64,000 nt of DNA from Takakia lepidozioides (taxonomy: Eukaryota > Plantae > Bryophyta): NCBI GenBank assembly GCA_030704615.1, contig CM060731.1, positions 61,194,001 to 61,258,000 on the forward strand, read 5' to 3'. The notes beneath the pieces were generated by a model that worked only from the letters and a program-made list of their open reading frames with translations, had not been told where the DNA came from and ran no database searches. This document shows, piece by piece, positions 61,101 through 64,000 of the stretch (its first letter is position 1; every line of letters begins with the position of its first letter). The position numbers and the translations under genes are program-made.

Positions 61101-63735
61101 CACTGAAGGTGACATGTTTTATTCTTTCTTTCTCTCAGGTGCAAGGGCTTGCTGGAGCATATATGAACATATGAGATTAAATTTCTTGCGATTGAAAACT
61201 ACACTCTTCCCTTCCCTGCAAACAACGGTCTTTCCTCAAATGTTGTCATGGTTTTATTTTCCATTGTAAGATAAGAGTATCAGTCAAACTTGCTGGACAT
61301 CAGTAGAGCACATGTAGATATATATATATACATATTTTCCCCGTGTTGAGACAAATTAAGCCACAGTCTCCACTCCTGGTGGTGCCCTTCCATCAACTCT
61401 GTCAAGTTTTCTGCTCTTGAAATGTTAACTACTCTCGTCAGAAAGCTCTCTTTCATAGATTGTTTTCGTAGATTCTTATGTAGTGTAAGATGCACTACAA
61501 GGCACAACTCAGTACAGGTTGGAAGTCCATAGACCTGCCGTACCTAAATCAGGAGAAACACAGACAGCTATACTGAATAAACTAACTGAACAAAGACTAC
61601 TACTCAATGCAATGCTTGCAGCCTTGTGGTGATAGAAGACATGGGAAGCATGTTGAGTCAACAACTTACTACTGCCTCCTCTTAAACAGAAGAGAGACGA
61701 TGTAGTTAGAAAACGTAGAAGGGTAGGAAAGCCAACCCGGGTGGGACTTGTTGAGGGACGCTTCGGATGCAAAGCTTCTGCCATGGTGTGCCTTTGAAAA
61801 TCTTCCATTTCAGTGCGCATGCTGGCTGGTCCCCATGCAAGCAAACACAGCTAGACTTTTGACATTTCAACACAGATACAACGGAAAAAAAAGGGTGTCG
61901 TCCCCGTTGCCACCACACCCCACCCCAACCGAATTTCCCATCCGTCAAAAGTTCATTCAAAGGAACAATGTTTTCTCTCAGGCTCTTCTAACACTCTCCC
62001 TATACATACCAACGACTTCGCGGATGCGTTCATTTTGTATGGCAAGATCTTGCATGTTTTCCCGTAGGAGTCGATTTTCGGCTTCAAGCTCCAGACTCTT
62101 TCCATGCTCAAGCTTCTCCCCAGTGCCCAGTGGCATTAATCTCTCTGCGATCATCGCACATTCTTATGAATATATCACATTTCCATCCAAAATGCCTCTC
62201 TAGGAAATACAGTGGAAACGTGGCCAAGTCATTTGCTGCTCCATGACTTAGTGGTGAAACTTGAGCTGGACTTATAGAAGAGGGAAAGATCTTAGAAAAC
62301 CAGACCTGTCCTCCCTCTAGAGATATTGACAAGAAGCTTCTATTTGTTGGAGGTGTCAAGGCTATAGCCCTTAAACGGCACTCTGAGAACAGAATGGGAC
62401 GGGTAGCTCAGTGGTAGAGTACACCACCAGAATGGGGGAGGTCCTTAGGTTCAATCCCTAGCCCGACAACACGCCAGTGGTTTTCCAACACTATTCACAA
62501 GCAGCAGTACAAAAGCTTGACAGCTGAATAATACAGGAATTAGCTAGTACTAACAAGAAGAGAAAACTAGAGCCTGGAAGCTCCCATATGCATGCTCCCT
62601 ACCACAAAAGAAAGCTAATAGGGTTGACTGCAGATTCTCCTCCTCTCTGCAATCTACAGGGATAGCACATCAACTGACATGCTAGAAGAAGTACTGGGCC
62701 TTGCCTCAGCCTTTCCTTAAAAATCCTACACAGGTTCTCTGGAACCTTCTGGTAGGAACCATCCTTAGCCGTCAAAAAACGCTAACAGAACCCTAGCTAA
62801 CAATCCCAATGGTTAAGTAAATCTGAGGTGACTTTCAAAAGAAAGATATGCATTTTTATAATTCAAGACTGAAACTAACTGGAGACAAGGGGGGCAAGTG
62901 AGACCATGTGTTCTTTTGAATGTTTTTGGCTTGTATAGGTTGATGTGGTATTTCCTCTCAAAGTGAAAAAGAGAGGGGAAAGAAGAGAGTAGTTTATTAT
63001 ATCAAAAGAAGACAAAATATTAAATTACCTTCATCGTCCAAAAAGACTGGAGACATAAGAGGGGAAGGAGCTGGAAAGGACGAGCCCCCACTGCTGGCCA
63101 TAGTCCTGCCTGTTGGAGCCTGTTGTGGCAAGCCTAATCATGTAAACAAACCTGGCACACCTTTTCTAAAGTTTGTTGCCTTATGTCAGGCAGTACCCAG
63201 AGAGGATCTCAACCGTCCCACAGTTACACAAAATCTGTCCAAACCCTCTCCAAGCAGGAAATCCAAAGGATTAACTTGATGTCCTATAAGATAGCTTGAT
63301 ATAAAATTGAAATGAACCTTGACTGGACTGTGGCAGCATAACATACAGACAGCATAACATAAGATAGAGATGGAAGGCCATTTCTTACAATATCTTGCTG
63401 ATTTAGTTGCTGATAGCCGCTGCTCCTTACCACCTCCTTCTGCTCAAAGCACAACCTCACAGAAGGTCAAGTACTGATATAATGACATGAATTATCTGGA
63501 AGCTCAGGGGGCAGGCACATGAGATCTATGCAGCTTGCTAGCACATCATACCAGAGGCCCTGCTCCCAAAGCTTTACAGCACTGGTTAAACATCAGGTGC
63601 ATGACACATGACATAACTTGGCAAGAGTAAAGCTGGCCTTCAGAAATGATTGACTTATATACCTGGAGAGCCAGGTAGCGAGAATGAAGTGCACTGTGTG
63701 CTGCTTCCCATTGAGATGCCTGATTCTTCAATTCC
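58168..63735 (-). CDS. CCDC57: CCDC57-like coiled-coil centriolar protein, multi-exon, probably 5'-incomplete (exon structure only partly resolved)
   Basis: Exons encode NERIREVV|ASMRTEMEDF, ERDLLMQLSNSLRADL and C-terminal PRVRNWNIKED, resembling three conserved CCDC57 blocks as I recall them. Confidence 0.62.
58835..59275 (+). mobile_element. Two tandem RTEX-like LINE 3' ends in an intron (further tail at ~61025-61070)
   Basis: Near-identical to 3920-4085 in reverse orientation, ending CATTTCATTTCATTTC. Confidence 0.85.
62398..62468 (+). pseudogene. tRNA pseudogene or tRNA-derived SINE head
   Basis: TAGCTCAGTGGTAGAG (A box/D arm), GGTTCAATCC (B box), CGGG/CCCG partial acceptor stem; anticodon stem defective. 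Confidence 0.6.
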
Positions 63736-64000
63736 TATTTGAAACACAACACATTTCACAAATTGCACATCATCACCAGCTTATCAAACAATAGCAAGTA
63801 AAAACCTACAATGCCCACAGGAGGCCCAAAGAGGGTGTGTGGGAACCAGCCTAAGTATGAAGATATACACCCGTGCTTGCCCTACCATTCTGGGAAGTGC
63901 ATTTGACGGCAACTGAAACCTAGATCTACTGTTCTGAGATGAAGAAGAAATAGAATGTACTCATAAGACGTTGTTTGCCGTAGCCTTGTGGCCGATGAAG

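Noticed and set aside
62398-62468. Functional tRNA gene
   Set aside because: Anticodon and acceptor stems are mismatched.

Overview
Eukaryotic nuclear DNA from an intron-containing land plant. A bryophyte-grade, flagellate-sperm lineage is inferred from the CCDC57-like gene, the moss-type retroelements and the PLS-E PPR fragment. Host genes: the 3' eight exons of a BUB1-family kinase (+; the preceding intron is filled with stacked LINE fragments), an intronless CLASRP/SFRS16 gene (+), an 8-exon conserved gene of unknown function (-) and a CCDC57-like centriolar gene (-). The centre (22.4-53.8 kb) is a nest of transposons. A truncated Ty3/Gypsy element is followed by a large Ulp1-bearing Mutator-like element (B) whose non-coding DNA is saturated with strand-polarised GCTCCCC motifs. 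Two related DNA transposons lie in or against B: A' (41396-49648, 8-bp TSD CGAATTGC, GGGA...TCCC ends) and A (25610-32299, left end lost). Both encode a GCM-domain MULE-type DDE/SWIM transposase plus a divergently transcribed gene. A keeps that gene's ParB/Srx-like part (WDGNHR); A' keeps a beta-class N6A/N4C DNA methyltransferase-like part. Each element carries its own family-specific ~28-bp palindrome, repeated in the introns of that gene and downstream of the transposase. The best candidate for a new system is therefore a eukaryotic transposon with a ParB-like/amino-methyltransferase module and cognate parS-like palindromic sites. All transposon genes in this window are degenerate, and all domain calls rest on motif recognition, not database searches.
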